A DNA stretch of 64,000 nt, taken from NCBI GenBank assembly GCA_028534125.1, contig CM052832.1:17548001-17612000 (forward strand), given 5' to 3'. The notes beneath the pieces are model-generated. The model was given only the letters and a program-made list of their open reading frames with translations, ran no database searches and had not been told where the DNA came from. Positions within the stretch are counted from its first letter, which is position 1. Each line of letters opens with the position of its first letter. The translations under genes and the position numbers were made by a program. Positions 38,441 through 51,380 of the stretch are shown one piece after another. Source of the DNA: Lama glama. Taxonomy: Eukaryota.

Positions 38441-39016
38441 CTTACTTTAAACTTAGAATCACAGAACGTGAGGATAGAAGAGGGCCTTAAAGACCAACGT
38501 CTCCAGCCTTTTTGTTGGTAAATGAAGAATGAGAAGCGGAGAGATTAAGTCCCTGAGGTAATAAATTCATATGACTTTGCTGCTTTCATGACTTCATGAT
38601 TTCCACCAGACATCCGGACATTTAAAAAGCAACTAGTCAAGGATGTCTCAACTTTTTATTATTTGTTTGCTCTGAATGTTGGTTTATTCCATGTAATATT
38701 CTAGGACTAACTGGAAACGTTTCCTACCAAGTCGTACTCTTCCTTCTCTAAGTCCTGAACAACTTAGCACCTATTACTTAATCTTTTCTCTTTAAACGAG
38801 TCTATTCTAAAGTCTTTTTAATCAAAGTATTTCTCTGAGTATAGTAAATTAACCTGGAGGCGGCTTTCAAAGCACAGATTTAAATTCTTAGATTTTTGCG
38901 ATTTTTGTTTATGGTGTAGTTTGTGTTAATAATGATGGCTTCTTCCTCAGGTCCACCCAGGAAGAAACTTTGCACAGGAGATCTTGCTTGAAGCGTTGAT
39001 AAGCTTTTGCACAGCT

Positions 39017-39439
39017 ATGATGGCATCTACTTGGGCTACCCAGGCCCACAAGGACCAGGATGAACTTTTGGAAGTAAAGGAGGAGGTGGAGGTGGGGGAG
39101 GAGCACAAGTATACCGCCAGACATGATCGGAACCTGCAAAAGCACAGCACCCATAGCAGCAGGGAGATCTTCCGGCAGTGCTTCAGGCAGTTCTGCTACC
39201 AGGAAACATCTGGACCCCGGGAGGCTTTGAGCCGACTCCGGGAACTTTGCCATCAGTGGCTGAGACCAGAGACCCACACCAAAGAGCAGATTCTGGAGCT
39301 GCTGGTGCTGGAGCAATTCCTGACCATCCTGCCTGAGGAGCTCCAAGCCTGGGTCCAGGAACAGCATCCAGAGAGTGGGGAAGAGGTGGTGACTGTGCTG
39401 GAGGATTTAGAGAGAGAGTTGGATGAGCCAGGATATCAG
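39017..39439 (+). CDS. ZSCAN12: ZSCAN12 SCAN-domain exon
   Basis: Acceptor cctcag at 38950; [21 protein letters not shown]...[48 protein letters not shown]...ELDEPGYQ; donor CAG|gtgagg at 39440. Confidence 0.93.
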
Positions 39440-40174
39440 GTGAGGACAAAGATTGATTTCTGTTTGAGAAAAGATGAATTATGGATTTCTAGGCCAGAGG
39501 GAAATCCAACATTATTTCACAAAATGTATTCTTGACACTTCCATGTGTCAGAAAGGGGCCTGAGTGTCACAGAACATTGGTTAATGTAGTCCTAACTTAC
39601 TTATATCTTTTCTATGGGAAGATCATGTTTTTCTGTATTAAGCTACAAAATTCTGTTTGATGAAATGCTGACTGGAAACATTAGAAACAGAAGACTTCTA
39701 GGACAGAGAGACTGTGTTAGAGAGATGATGGTAATGGGGTGGGCAGCAGCCTCTTGAAAGGGGCATCACTTCTGTTGCACAATACAAATAATTAAGAAAT
39801 AAGATTTTGCAGATACATTCACTGCCTTCTCTCCATTAAAGGATTAAAAGATGGAGAAATCAAAGTCACCATCTCAGAGGAATGAGATATAGGAGCAGAG
39901 TGGAAAGTTAGGAGGAGGGGCAGGACGGGGGCATGTTTCTTTGAGCAGTTGATAGCCCAGTTAGGTTGGAAAGGTGAGTGGTGAGTAGAAGAGTTGAGAA
40001 CAGAGAGTCTAAGACCTTGAATGTCTACCTCTGGAGTTTAGATTCTGTTCTGTAGGGCAGAAGTTCCTAACCCGTTCTCTCTGAGTCTAAATGAGTTTTA
40101 CTAACCCCAAATATAAAAGAACCAAAATATGTAGGACCTTTCTGTTTTGTTTTGTTTCAACATTGATAAAAGAC

Positions 40175-40388
40175 AGTGATTCTCAACCAGTGACAGTTTT
40201 GTGCCCCAGAGGGCATTTTGCAATATCATGGCACATTTTTGGTTGTCCTAATGGCAAGAGGTACTACTGGCATCTAGTAGTTAAAGGTCAGGAATGCTGC
40301 TAGATAACTTACAGCGCAAAGAAGGTCTTGTACAACAAAAATTGTCTGACCAGCATGTTGATAGAACCAAGGCTAGGAAAGCTTGATA
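40175..40388. mobile_element. MER20-like DNA transposon relic
   Basis: cagtgattctcaacc...ttttgtgccccagagggcatt.tgcaat...catttttggttgtc...tactggcatctagtagtt.aaggtcaggaatgctgcta. Confidence 0.75.
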
Positions 40389-41120
40389 TAAAGAGTATAA
40401 GACAGTGAAGTAATAATACAGGAAATATAATCTAGCACTGGGGTACAAAGACTGAAGAGGGAGGGAACATATGGCAAAAGATCTAAGTCTGAAATAGTGT
40501 CATGAAAGTGTGACTACCAAGGACGAGGTATGTCTTAGGTGAGAATTAATTGGAAATGATGACAGAGGTAGAAAGAAGGAAGAAAGAATGGAGGACTCTA
40601 CTGAGCAGTCTGTTCTTGGCTAAGCACTAGGGATTTAAAGCTTGAAAGACTTGCATAATGGAGACCCTCCTAATGGAGTTCAGGATCATACGGGGAAGGT
40701 GGATTGGGAAAAGTCCATTCCTAAAGCAGATATTTATTGACTACCTGTTGTTTACTAGGCACTGGAAATGCAGCAGTGAACAAAGTACAGAGGGTTGCTG
40801 CTTTTATGTTGATAGATTTTAGCCTACTGAGGGGAGACAGAAAACAAAAAATCAACAACAGAGGAAAGCAGAAAGGGACAGGATTGAAGACAAAAGTAGC
40901 AATACGAGCCTTGAAAAAGAAAAGACATCTTTCTCTAAGGCAGAAAGGGCGGGGAAGAGTATGAGATTGGAGATAGATAAAATGAAGGGGAGATGATTTT
41001 TTTGAGATGGCTGTAATCTTCGATAAATAGAAAATAAGATCATCTTCCCAGGAAGAAGTGGGATGGGGAGCTCAGAAGAGCAGAATCCAGTAGGAACAGG
41101 TTTTGGGGTGAACTTGGAAG

Positions 41121-41352
41121 AGATTTTTCTCCTTTTCCTTCTCCTTTTCTTTCTCCTTTCTCCTCCTACCCTCTTTCTCCTTTGTTCCCTTCTGCCTTCA
41201 TAATTTCTCCATTATTTCCTGTTACTGATCCTCTTTCCATTCCTTCTTCCTCCTTTCGGTTTTCTTTCTCCCTGAGTTCTTTTCCCCTCCTTTCTGCTTC
41301 TTTTTACCTTCTTGTCTTTCTCTTTTCTTTTTTCTTTCTTTCTTTTCTCCAT
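41121..41352 (+). repeat. Polypyrimidine low-complexity tract
   Basis: About 230 nt of mostly C and T. Confidence 0.8.
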
Positions 41353-41621
41353 TATTCTGAACACAGACAAAGAAGTGGCGCAACCAACACACTTTAGCTG
41401 TTAAGAATAGGGGAAATGACTTCCACCTGGGGAAGGGACGGTTTCCCAGAGGAGGTGACATTTCTCCTGGCCTTGAAGAATGAGTAGGATTATGGCAGGT
41501 GGATATCTGGAAAGAAGTTTATTTCTGGTTTCAGAGAGCTGGGTGCCACTGCTGTGAATAGCATCCTCTTTTGTTTAATGTCAGCAGAGCAAGTATGTCA
41601 GCTGTATCTCATTTACCCCAG

Positions 41622-41766
41622 GTCTCAGCCCATACTGAGGAACAGGAAATGTTCTTGCAGGAGATGGCACCGCTCGGAACAGGACAAGAACTCAGAATGT
41701 CCCTGCCATCCAAGAAAGCCCAGCTAAAGTGTGAATCTCCAGAACTTGAAGCCCAGCAGGAGAAAG
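41622..41766 (+). CDS. ZSCAN12: ZSCAN12 middle coding exon
   Basis: ccccag|GTCTCA...AAAG|gtaaag; [48 protein letters not shown]; 145 nt. Confidence 0.9.
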
Positions 41767-43183
41767 GTAAAGAAGAAAGACCTTGGGAGGAAGGGGAAGG
41801 CAGGGCTAACACGGGACATCAGGGCTCTTGTGTACTTCGTGCTGCTTCTGATCAGTAAAGTCAGCAAAGTCTCTCTAGGAATCTGATGGCTCGTGCAGAC
41901 TCCAGCAGTCTGGTTTGTCCTGCTTCAACTTTTTTTCTCTTTGTATTAATATTTTTCTCAATCCTGGCTGTATTTTACTTGAGATCACTTAATTTAGTCT
42001 TTCTGTTAGTTATTTTCCTTTATACTGACCTCCCTGCTATTTTTAGCCTTTATCCTTCCAGACAACACCAGTATCTCCTGCCTCCTTCAGTATATAAACC
42101 TTTGCTCCATGATGTCTGCATCTGATTCTCTGATGATTCAGGGAAAAGATATATATATATGTGTGTGTATGTACTTTTATACAGAGGAGTAATAAAGCAA
42201 ATGTGGCAGAATGTTTAAAGTTGGTGAAGGGGTGAAAGACTCAGTACCTTTCTTATTTCTACTTTCTCTATTTTTTTCTTTTGATTTGTCTAAATAGGTG
42301 AAAATTCACATGGTTCAAAAACAATAATTTAAATTTATTTAGTGGAAAGTTTTCATTCCACTCAATTTCCCTAGCCATTTGGTCTCCTTACCCTTATTCT
42401 GAAATATGTTGTCACTGTTGTTAGTTTCTTGTGTGTCCCTCTAGAGATTTTTTTATGCACATATTTACATTTTTCATGTTCAAATATATTTTCCTCTCTT
42501 TATCACTAAGATTGTAGAACCTTGCATTTTTTTAAATTTCTTAACAGCTGCTTAATATTAAGACATATGGATATACCACAGTTAACTTATCCATTCCCTT
42601 GCTGATGACATTTAAATTGGCCCCAGGCTTTCACTATAACAAATGGTGCCGTGGGAAATAACCATATGTGTGAGTATATCTGTAGCATAAATTCCTCTGT
42701 GTGGAATTACTAGGTCAGAGGTAATATATGTTTGTAATTCTGATATAGTCAAATTGCCCTCTATAAAGCTTGGATCAGTTTACACTCCCACTGGCAGTAT
42801 GTGATACCCATTTTGTGAACAGAGTGTTATATTTATGCTGATGGCAAATCTGATAGGTGAAATTATACTCAATATTGTTTAAATTTGCCTTTCCTTTATT
42901 GTGAGGCAGATCATCCTTTCTTGTGTTAAGAGCTATTGCAGTTCTTTTCCTGGAAACCATCCATTTTTTCTTTGCCCAGTTTTCTATTGAGTGATTGGTC
43001 TTTTCCATGACAATTTTTGGAGTGCTTTGTATATTAGTCTATTCTGTATTCTAAAGCCATTTTATAGTCACACAGGAACTCTAGGTTCTTATGTAATTTT
43101 TCATTTGAATAATTTTATGTTGCCTAATGAAGTTGCTGTTTGGTCTCACAAGAAACTAGTTAACATTTATGATCCATTTTTAG

Positions 43184-44481
43184 TTTCAGGTATTGAGACT
43201 GGAAATGAGTACAGGAATTTAACTCTAAAGCAAGAAGTTTCTGAAGAAATGAAACCATGTGGGAATATATCTGGCAAATTTGAAAATGAAATGCCTCAGT
43301 CTGCTAGGTATGAAAAAACTTATGAACCTGAAGGAAAACCAGAAGAGCCTTCTGGATACTCCAGGAAAGATATACAACCTACATGTGATGAAAATGGAGT
43401 AAGTCTGACTGAGAACTCAGACCTTACTGAACACCAGAGAACCTGTCCAGGAGAAAAACCTTATGAATGTGATGACTGTGGAAAAGCTTTTAGTCAGTAC
43501 GCATGCCTCACGGAACATCAGAGGATCCATACTGGGGACAGGCCCTACAAGTGTGAAGAATGTGGAAAAACTTTCCGTGGGAGAACTGTGCTTATTCGAC
43601 ACAAAATAATACACACTGGAGAGAAACCATATAAATGTAACGAGTGTGGCAAAGCCTTTGGCCGGTGGTCAGCTCTTAATCAACATCAGAGACTTCACAC
43701 AGGAGAGAAACACTACCACTGTAATGACTGTGGCAAAGCCTTTAGCCAGAAAGCAGGCCTCTTTCACCACCTCAAGATCCACACAAGAGACAAACCTTAT
43801 CATTGTACTCAGTGTAATAAAAGTTTTAGTCGGCGTTCAATTCTTACCCAGCATCAAGGCGTTCATACTGGGGCAAAGCCCTATGAGTGCAACGAGTGCG
43901 GAAAAGCCTTTGTTTATAACTCCTCCCTTGTTTCGCATCAGGAGATCCACCACAAAGAAAAATGCTATCAGTGTGAGGAATGTGGGAAATCCTTCAGTCA
44001 GAGCGGCCTCATTCAGCATCAGAGAATCCACACTGGGGAGAAATCCTACAAATGTGACGTCTGTGGGAAAGCCTTTATTGAGAGGACAAGTCTTACAGAA
44101 CATCAGCGAATTCACACTGGAGAGAGACCCTGTAAATGTGATAAGTGTGGGAAGGCTTTCACCCAGAGATCAGTCCTCACAGAGCATCAGAGGATCCACA
44201 CCGGAGAGAGGCCCTACAAGTGCGATGAGTGCGGGAATGCCTTCCGAGGAATCACCAGCCTCATTCAGCATCAGAGAATCCACACTGGGGAGAAACCCTA
44301 CCAATGTGATGAATGTGGCAAAGCCTTCAGACAGAGGTCAGATCTTAGTAAACACCAGAGAATCCATAATAGAGGTGGTCCCGATAAATGTAAAGAGTGT
44401 GGGGAGTTGTTTAGGCAGAACTTAGCTCTCACTCAACACCAGACCATCCACAAAGGAGAAGAATCTGTTTCTGTGTCATGA
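43184..44481 (+). CDS. ZSCAN12: ZSCAN12 zinc-finger exon, 12 C2H2 fingers (finger 7 is one residue short)
   Basis: Tandem acceptors ttttag|tttcag| (43184 or 43190, both in frame); [15 protein letters not shown], then 12 fingers; TGA at 44479-44481. Confidence 0.93.
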
Positions 44482-45856
44482 CTACAGGGAAGCTATCTCA
44501 CAGAGTGCAGGCTAGAGAGAAACACCAGCTTTGAAATGATTTAGGACGAAACATTAGTCACTGTTTCTATAAGGAACACTCACATATTTTACAAAGAATC
44601 CACTATGTGTGGCCCGTTTTATTAGGTGCTGTGGAGAACAAGAAACATAACACCAGATTCTTTTTCTCGAGTTTACAGCCTGGTGTGGGATATATGAGAT
44701 CCACTTGTTTAGTTAAATAAATAAGTACAGGGCAGTAGAACTGATGCTCGAAGTAGTGCCGAATTAAGCTGGCACTTGGGAAACAGTAAGTGCTGTAAAT
44801 TGTGATGTGTGTGCGTATGTAGTTAGGGGAGGGGTGCTAGTGCTCTGCCCTGTTTTACTCTTAACTTCCCTTTTTTCCTATAGTTCCCACTGTGTTCTGA
44901 ATTTCCTAATAATTTATCTTGAGAACTGGTTTACAATTGTTTAGTTTGTATACCTTCTTGAATACATAAAAGAGCCAAAGATTAGTGATTCTTCTCAGAA
45001 AAAAACAAATCAACCAACAGCTGGTTGACATCACCCCTTGTATTACTGAGTAAACAGTTCTGTTTTTTATGGGAACCTATGATGATGATTGTAGTGGATA
45101 ATAGGCAAGCCACAAAGAAGTACACAAAGCTGCTGGTCTGTTTATCTTTTTACCCACAAAAATCAACTTGATCTCTACTGAGATGTCCTTTTATTTCTTC
45201 CCTCTCTACTTTTGGACAGCAAATGCCACAATTTCTAGGACTACCTTCCCACCCCAGAGAACTTCAGTCCCCTCACCTCCCCTCACCTCTAGCTGGTCAG
45301 TGGGTTTGAAGTGGTGAGACAGTGATGAAAGAGGAAGGGGAGAAAAAAGAAGGGTAATCACCACTCTTTAACTACTCCTAACTACTTCTGCCGAGCCCTG
45401 TCTTCACCCCATTCTCTCCCCACTCCTGTAATGTACTCTACCCCCATTTCCCTAGTGCCCTGTGTGTTGCCCCTCTGTCCATAATCCCTATATAGGACAG
45501 AAGAATGTCATCACTGGCTTGGAACTAGAAGAGTCCCTAGTCCTAGACAAAGACATATTTTTCTAAGTTGTGAATACATTTTCCCATAAATATGATAATG
45601 GTATTAGTATCAATAATTAAATAATCATTAAAACTAATAATAAAGGACTAATAATTTAGGCATGTTATATGTCAAATTGGCTTTTAGGATTAGAATTTAC
45701 ATAGACTGTGGGAAACATTCTGAGTTCACAACATAGAAAAGCAAATGAACAATTGAGAAACAACTCATTCACAAGTTGAGGACTGTTTATTGGGGCTTTT
45801 TCGTAAGACCATCATTGGCACACACAAAGCACTGAGGCAGCTGGGATTGGAAACCA

Positions 45857-45959
45857 ATTTTTTTAATTTATTATTTTTTAATGGAGGTACTGGGGATTGA
45901 ACCCAGGACCCTGTGCATGCTAAGCACATGCTCTGTTGCTGAGCTATACCCACCTCTCC
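45857..45959 (-). mobile_element. Vic-1-like SINE, well preserved
   Basis: Reverse complement GGGTATAGCTCAGCAACAGAGCATGTGCTTAGCATGCACAGGGTCCTGGGTTCAATCCCCAGTACCTCCATTAAAAAATAATAAA. Confidence 0.85.
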
Positions 45960-47589
45960 TGGAAACCTGATTTTTTACATCCCAAAACAAATAAGGATCC
46001 CAGAATTGATCCTCATACCTCTGTAGCTATATGAGGCCTACTCCCTACCTACACTTACCCTGTCTTGACTTTCTCTCTCTCGTGCAAACTCTTTTCTTTG
46101 AAGAGTTAGTGACAGGAACCTTTATGAGCATCTTTACCAAACTGATGCTGTCCATACTTGTCATCTAATCTGAGTTCACAAACATGTTTTCCAGACTGAA
46201 ATTACTCTTCATAGTAATGTCAGAGCCTCTCTTTAATCTGACTGCTCAGTGGAAAGCAATCCTTACTTTAAACGTGCTGTCTACTCAGTGCTGTTACTTG
46301 CAGTCTCTCCAGTTTATCTTGTGCTTGACATGTTCTCTCAGTGCACACATGTTCCTCCATGTGCCTCTAACTCTATTAAGTAATATAAAAGAACCATAAG
46401 CAAAGACCCAGAACAACAGAATATGCCTATTATATAGAAGAATACAGTTCATAATTTATTTAAAAATAAATGTGAGGGTTTTGTTTCAGTTGTTTCATGT
46501 GCTTAAATACAATTGTAGTACCAAAAAAAAAAAAAAAAAGGTGGAGTGGCATAGGATTCCCAGGTAGGCATCAAAGGGAATCAGACTAGTTGTCCAAGAT
46601 AAGGAGAAGATACAAAGTTTCTAATTGGAACTAAATTGGCAACACGGAAGTTGAAGGGCCTGAGGGGCAAGTGGATGACATGACATGTTAGATATGGAAT
46701 TGCAGAAAGCAGTGAACAGAATGCCTTGTGCTGAAGTTGAGAGTACATCTTTATGTATAAAAGGTAGATATCCTATCGACAATGACAGGATCTAGGAAAT
46801 CAAGGTCCCCTGAAGCAGCTCACCTATGTGGATTTTGAAATCAACAACAGGAGGCAGGATGGAAAGAAAATATAAAAGTGAAGCAAGTCCACAGTAGAGG
46901 TAATGGCAACCAATAGTAGTAACACAACAGCCAGAGAGAGCAACTGTTGTAAACTCAAATGAATCGTGAAGCAGCAGCTTAGAATTCTAGTGACATTAAG
47001 GATGAGAATAAGATCAACTAGCTTCTCTTTTCTAATTCAAGGTAAACAAGATATTGAGTGTTTAAGGCAAAAAGCACCTGCAGTGGTTGGGGGAGAATCA
47101 GATTTCTAAAGGAATGGTAAGTGAAGTGAGCTTAAACATGGGCTTCGATGAAAAAGTAACCTGACAATCACAAAAGGGTTCCAGAGAGTGTAACAGAAGG
47201 GGACTCTGAAGGGAAGGAAGATGGTCTCCTCAAAAAAAAAAAAATTATGAAGGGGTTGCTGGGATTTGAGGTATGAGATAAAACCGATGAGGAAAGAGAA
47301 GAATTGAGCAGGGCTCTGGGATTGAGAAGTCTCATCTGCATGGTGAAGATGGAGGTGGAGAGCACTCAGATACAAGCACATAGAAAAGCCCTGCACTCTG
47401 TACTCAGAACAGAAGTAGCTTCCTTCATTAATATCCAGTGATTATTGATTATACGGTGTTATAAAGTCATTATTGTTGTTATAAAGTCATTGTTGTTGGC
47501 CATCTTTAGGAATAGAGAAAAGGATTATTAACGGTATCTCACCATTTCATCCCTGATAAAGCAGGCAATTTAGGAACTCTGCAACTTGC

Positions 47590-47770
47590 TGTAGTTGAAC
47601 CCTAGCTGAGTGACTTTGGGCAAGAGATTTAACCTTGTGCTTCAGTTTCCTCATCATGTAAAATATTGATAATAATACCTACCTCGTTGGGCGGTTAAAT
47701 GGATAAATAGGTTTTATATTAAGTGCTTAGAAAAGTGCTTTATAACCGTTTGCTATTGTTTTATTACCGT
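47590..47770 (+). mobile_element. MIR SINE
   Basis: ctagctgagtgactttgggcaag..atttaacct.tgtgcttcagtttcctcatc.tgtaaaat..gataataatacctacctc. Confidence 0.7.
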
Positions 47771-47829
47771 GGGTTCTCAAATGCACTGGCTCTAGATGCT
47801 TCAGCCTCAGGTCAGAAGTCACCTGTAAC

Positions 47830-48425
47830 CTTGCTGCAGGTTTCCCGGGACCGCTGCCTGGCTGCCGCTGGGATTAAAGCGCCCGGTCAGCTCTACCTTT
47901 AGTTTCTTACCTTGGGAACTGATGAACAGAGGCCGGCAGGGGACAAACATCGCCTAAACTGGCAAGGAAAGCTTTTCGCATCTTTTGTCTCCATCCCTGT
48001 TAGTTATCAGAGATAACTAGCAGCCCCGAGTTTTCGCTTTTTGTCTTACGAGCGGCTTTCCTGAAGTTGTGCAGCGGAAAGGGGGACACCGGGCGTTGCC
48101 TGCGGCGCCCCAGCTCGGGAGCGTGGGCCCCGCCGTTACCGGACGCGGCGGCCCGAGCCTGCGCTGCTGAGCGCGGGGCGAGGATGCGGCCCGGCAACCA
48201 CAGAGAGGAGAAAACCTCCAGGTTCCTAGAGAAGCCCGAAGGGTGAGGCCGCTGGTGACGGCTGCAGGCCCAGAACTGCCAGCTCTTTCAGCCTTTGTGT
48301 CGTGCGGTTGGAGGCGATAGTGGTCGCGGAGTCGTGGACTCCGCCTTCGGCTTCTGCTCAGTGTCTAATCCAGCCCTTTAGGGACTCCGGTGAGGTTCGG
48401 CCTGTTGATTGAGCTGCCGAGGAGA
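47830..48425 (+). promoter_or_regulatory. CpG island and promoter of the decayed ZSCAN paralog
   Basis: CpG-rich; CAACCACAGAGAGGAGAAAACCTCCAGGTTCCTAGAGAAG at 48195-48234; decayed core CTTTCAGCCTTTGT at 48285-48298; candidate donor ccg|gtgagg at 48390. Confidence 0.65.
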
Positions 48426-49029
48426 ATTAAAGATGGCTTCTAAGTCTTGGGTTGTGTTAGGATACTAGGGCTGTTGAGAAAAAGGAGTCTGGAATCCCAG
48501 TTCAGTAAAAGGAAAGTTGGGTTCGTTTGAGATGATGATCTGACTCATGACTCTCCCTAGAATATATAGGCCAACCCTTGAATTTAAGGAAAGATACAGA
48601 ATCTACTTACTGGCGGTTGTGTGGCTTTTAGCAAATTACTTAATCCCTCTTTGCCTCAGTATCATTTAGCTGTCGGTGGAATTACATACTTAGATGAGTA
48701 AACTCACGGTCAATTTTCAATGAATACTGGCCGTTATTTTTTGATCTCTTATGTACTTGTCTCTACTGTTGGGGATTCTCAGAAGAAAACCAAAGGGAAA
48801 AGGGTCCTAGTCTTTCTCTCAAGTATTATTAACATAGAGATTTAGGAAGTGAGAGATTTTACAGATAGTGCTAGCTAATAATTTGCAGTCTCCCAGTCTG
48901 TCTTCTAATTTTTTTATCTTTCTGGCAGAGTTCCTTTTTTCTTTCAGTGCATTGTCAGGTAAGTGAATTCCTGGGTAAGAGCTAAATAAAATTTAGAGTT
49001 TCTATTAACAGTGTTGTTTTATGCCTCAG

Positions 49030-49153
49030 GAAGAAGACTAGCTACAAGGAAATACTTCTGAAGAATCAGTGTGAACCCCAGGCTGGAGTGAATCTTCTCT
49101 TGAGCTCACTTATTCCAGAATGGCAGTCCTCGTGCAGGAAAGATCTCTTATAG
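49030..49153 (+). CDS. ZSCAN12: Putative alternative terminal coding exon of ZSCAN12, in the 5' part of the pseudogene SCAN exon
   Basis: cctcag|G AAG AAG...; open frame (R)[40 protein letters not shown]; in phase with donor CAGAG|gtcaga at 44337; closely resembles the human ZSCAN12 C-terminus as recalled. Confidence 0.65.
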
Positions 49154-51380
49154 TGACTGACCGTAGAGGAAGAGGGCTGTGCCTGGGACCAAGAATAAGG
49201 CTGGCCAAAAACTTTTTTTCTTCAAACTTTTATTACTACCAGGAGATAGATACTTGGACCTTACAGGGCTGTTAGAAAACTCGGGAAGCTCTGCTCACAG
49301 TTGCTGAAACCAAAAATACAGGCCAAGGAGCAAGTGCTGAACTTGGCCTGGGGAGCTGCACACCTAGAGAGGATAACATCATCCAGAATGTGGAGAAGAG
49401 GCATCAGTGATGCTGGAGAAGTTGAAGAGACAGCTTGAGGCACAAGCCATCAGGTGGGAAGGGGTGGGAGAATCATTTATGGCTTGACTAGTGAAAGGCT
49501 TCAGGACTGGCACAGAAAGAAGCAAAACTGAACTTTAGGATCCACCAGATGTCTCTGGAGTCGTAAACCAGTGTCTCCCTCATGAGCTTTAATTCTCCCT
49601 GGTATTCACATGCACCTCTGGAACCTTGTTGTTTGGGTGCTTTTACTGAGGGATTAGCTTCAAATTCAGTTTTCCAAGACCAGCTTCATCTCGTTCCTTT
49701 TAGGGCCCAGGCTAAAGGATAGAAAAAGATACGCTCATGGTAAGACAGTACTCTGGAATCAAAGGTGTCAGGCTAAGACTGTATCTTAGTTTAACTCTCA
49801 GCATTATTGCCTTATGAAGTGGAAAGCAGGTAAGAAAGGATGTCTGTAGAGAAAGAAGACATCCTTGAAAGGAAGCTTTTAGAACTCTTGTTAGTAGTGT
49901 CCTCTCCCTTGAAACCTTGCCTCTACCGGTCTCCTCATTATCTGTCCAATTTTTTGGTAGAAATTCTAAGCCATATTTGTGGGGGTGTTTGTGTTTTGTT
50001 TTGTTTTTGTTTTGACTTAGTTAACTCCTTTAGCTTTAAAATGTTTCTCTCTTCTTATTTTTTAATCCTGCATGTTATCTGGAAAAGTTATTTTCCCCAG
50101 TGTAATTTTTCCAGTTTACTGATTTCCCCAAGTCACAATAGGATGCATTTTGAAACTGATCTAGCTTTTGCCTCAGATTAACTTTTTATCATGTGCCATT
50201 GTTTGTTGATCCACTTAACCAACATTTATGGAGCATTTTGTTTGTCTATAGTAGTGGCCTAGATATATGTCAGTTGGCATAAATAGTACTTTTAACTACC
50301 CTTTAGCAAATTAAACTTTCTCTTGGTTTCATGATATTCCCTGTTTTTCATCTCTGGATTCAAACTGATTGCCTCTTAACTTTTTTTTATTATATCTTCC
50401 CTATTCTTTGTCACATTTTGTAAGAAAATTCTCCATGCTCTTACAGTCTCTTTCTGTCCAGCTGTCTTCTCACTCAAACTGGAACCTCATATGCCTTCTT
50501 GGGTACTTTTCAAAATTGAGATGGCAGTTTAGGGACACTGAAAAGGCATACACTTTAGGTAAAACTGGGTTTTATTTTTATCACTGTTTCTCATCATAAG
50601 TCTCATTATCTCAGCAGAAGAGATAACTGACATTTGAATTGTCTGCTAATTTTTTTTAGATGATGTTATTGAGAATGAACATAAGGACTTGTCTCAAACA
50701 CAAAAAATTCTGAAGGTGCTAAATCATGTTGGGGGGTGGGGTAGAATCTGTAGAAATGCAACATCAATGCAGTAAGTTAGTAAAAGCTTTAGTTACTGAT
50801 GAGTCATTACTCAGCATTAGGGAGTACACACCAAAGAGAATGTCTTTGACAGCAACAAGTTTAGAAAGACTTTTGTCTACAGTGGGTCCCTCCTTTCCTA
50901 CCTGGAAACCCATCACAAGGGAAAATGCTATCTACATAAGGAATGTGGGAAAGCTTTCAGCCATAGTGGCCTTATTTGACATCAGAAAATGCACATGAGC
51001 AGGAGACTGCATAAATGTGATGACTGTAAGGAGGCCTTCATGCAGCATGGATACCTTATAGAACCTCATGTGAAGGAAGTAGGGAGGAAGGTGTTCTAGA
51101 AGTCAGGACTGACTGGACTAGAGAATCTACACAGGAGATAGAGCTTATAAACATGATGAATGTGGAAATGTTTTCCATGGAATCACCAGCATTATTGAGC
51201 ATTGGAGAATTCACACTAAAGAAAAACCCTGATCCTGTGATGGGTATGGAAAAGTCTTCAGACACAGGTTAGACCTTAGTAAACATCAGCGAGTCCGTAT
51301 TAGAGAGGCTCTTATCAATGAGAAGATTGTGGGAATTTGTATGGACAGACATCAAGCCTCAACAACAGAGTCTCCACGAT
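49030..51380 (+). pseudogene. Unprocessed SCAN-C2H2 pseudogene (tandem ZSCAN12-like duplicate)
   Basis: Broken SCAN exon at 49030-49453 (YYQE, RKLGKLCSQLLKPKIQAKEQVLNL, HHPECGEEASVMLEKLKRQLE; frameshifts, stop, deletion; CAG|gtggga). Broken finger exon from 50660 ([58 protein letters not shown]). AATAAA at 51457-51462. Confidence 0.85.

Noticed and set aside
43646..44425. 259-aa alternative-frame ORF and antisense ORFs over finger and SCAN exons (also 30511-30972)
   Set aside because: Expected shadow frames of repetitive C2H2 and SCAN codon usage; no independent support
45857..45959. SINE copies as tRNA-Ala genes
   Set aside because: Broken cloverleaf, A-rich tails and multiple dispersed diverged copies indicate SINEs
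47455..47498. 20-nt tandem duplication (and a similar short one near 16840-16880)
   Set aside because: Two-copy local slippage; not an array or CRISPR-like structure
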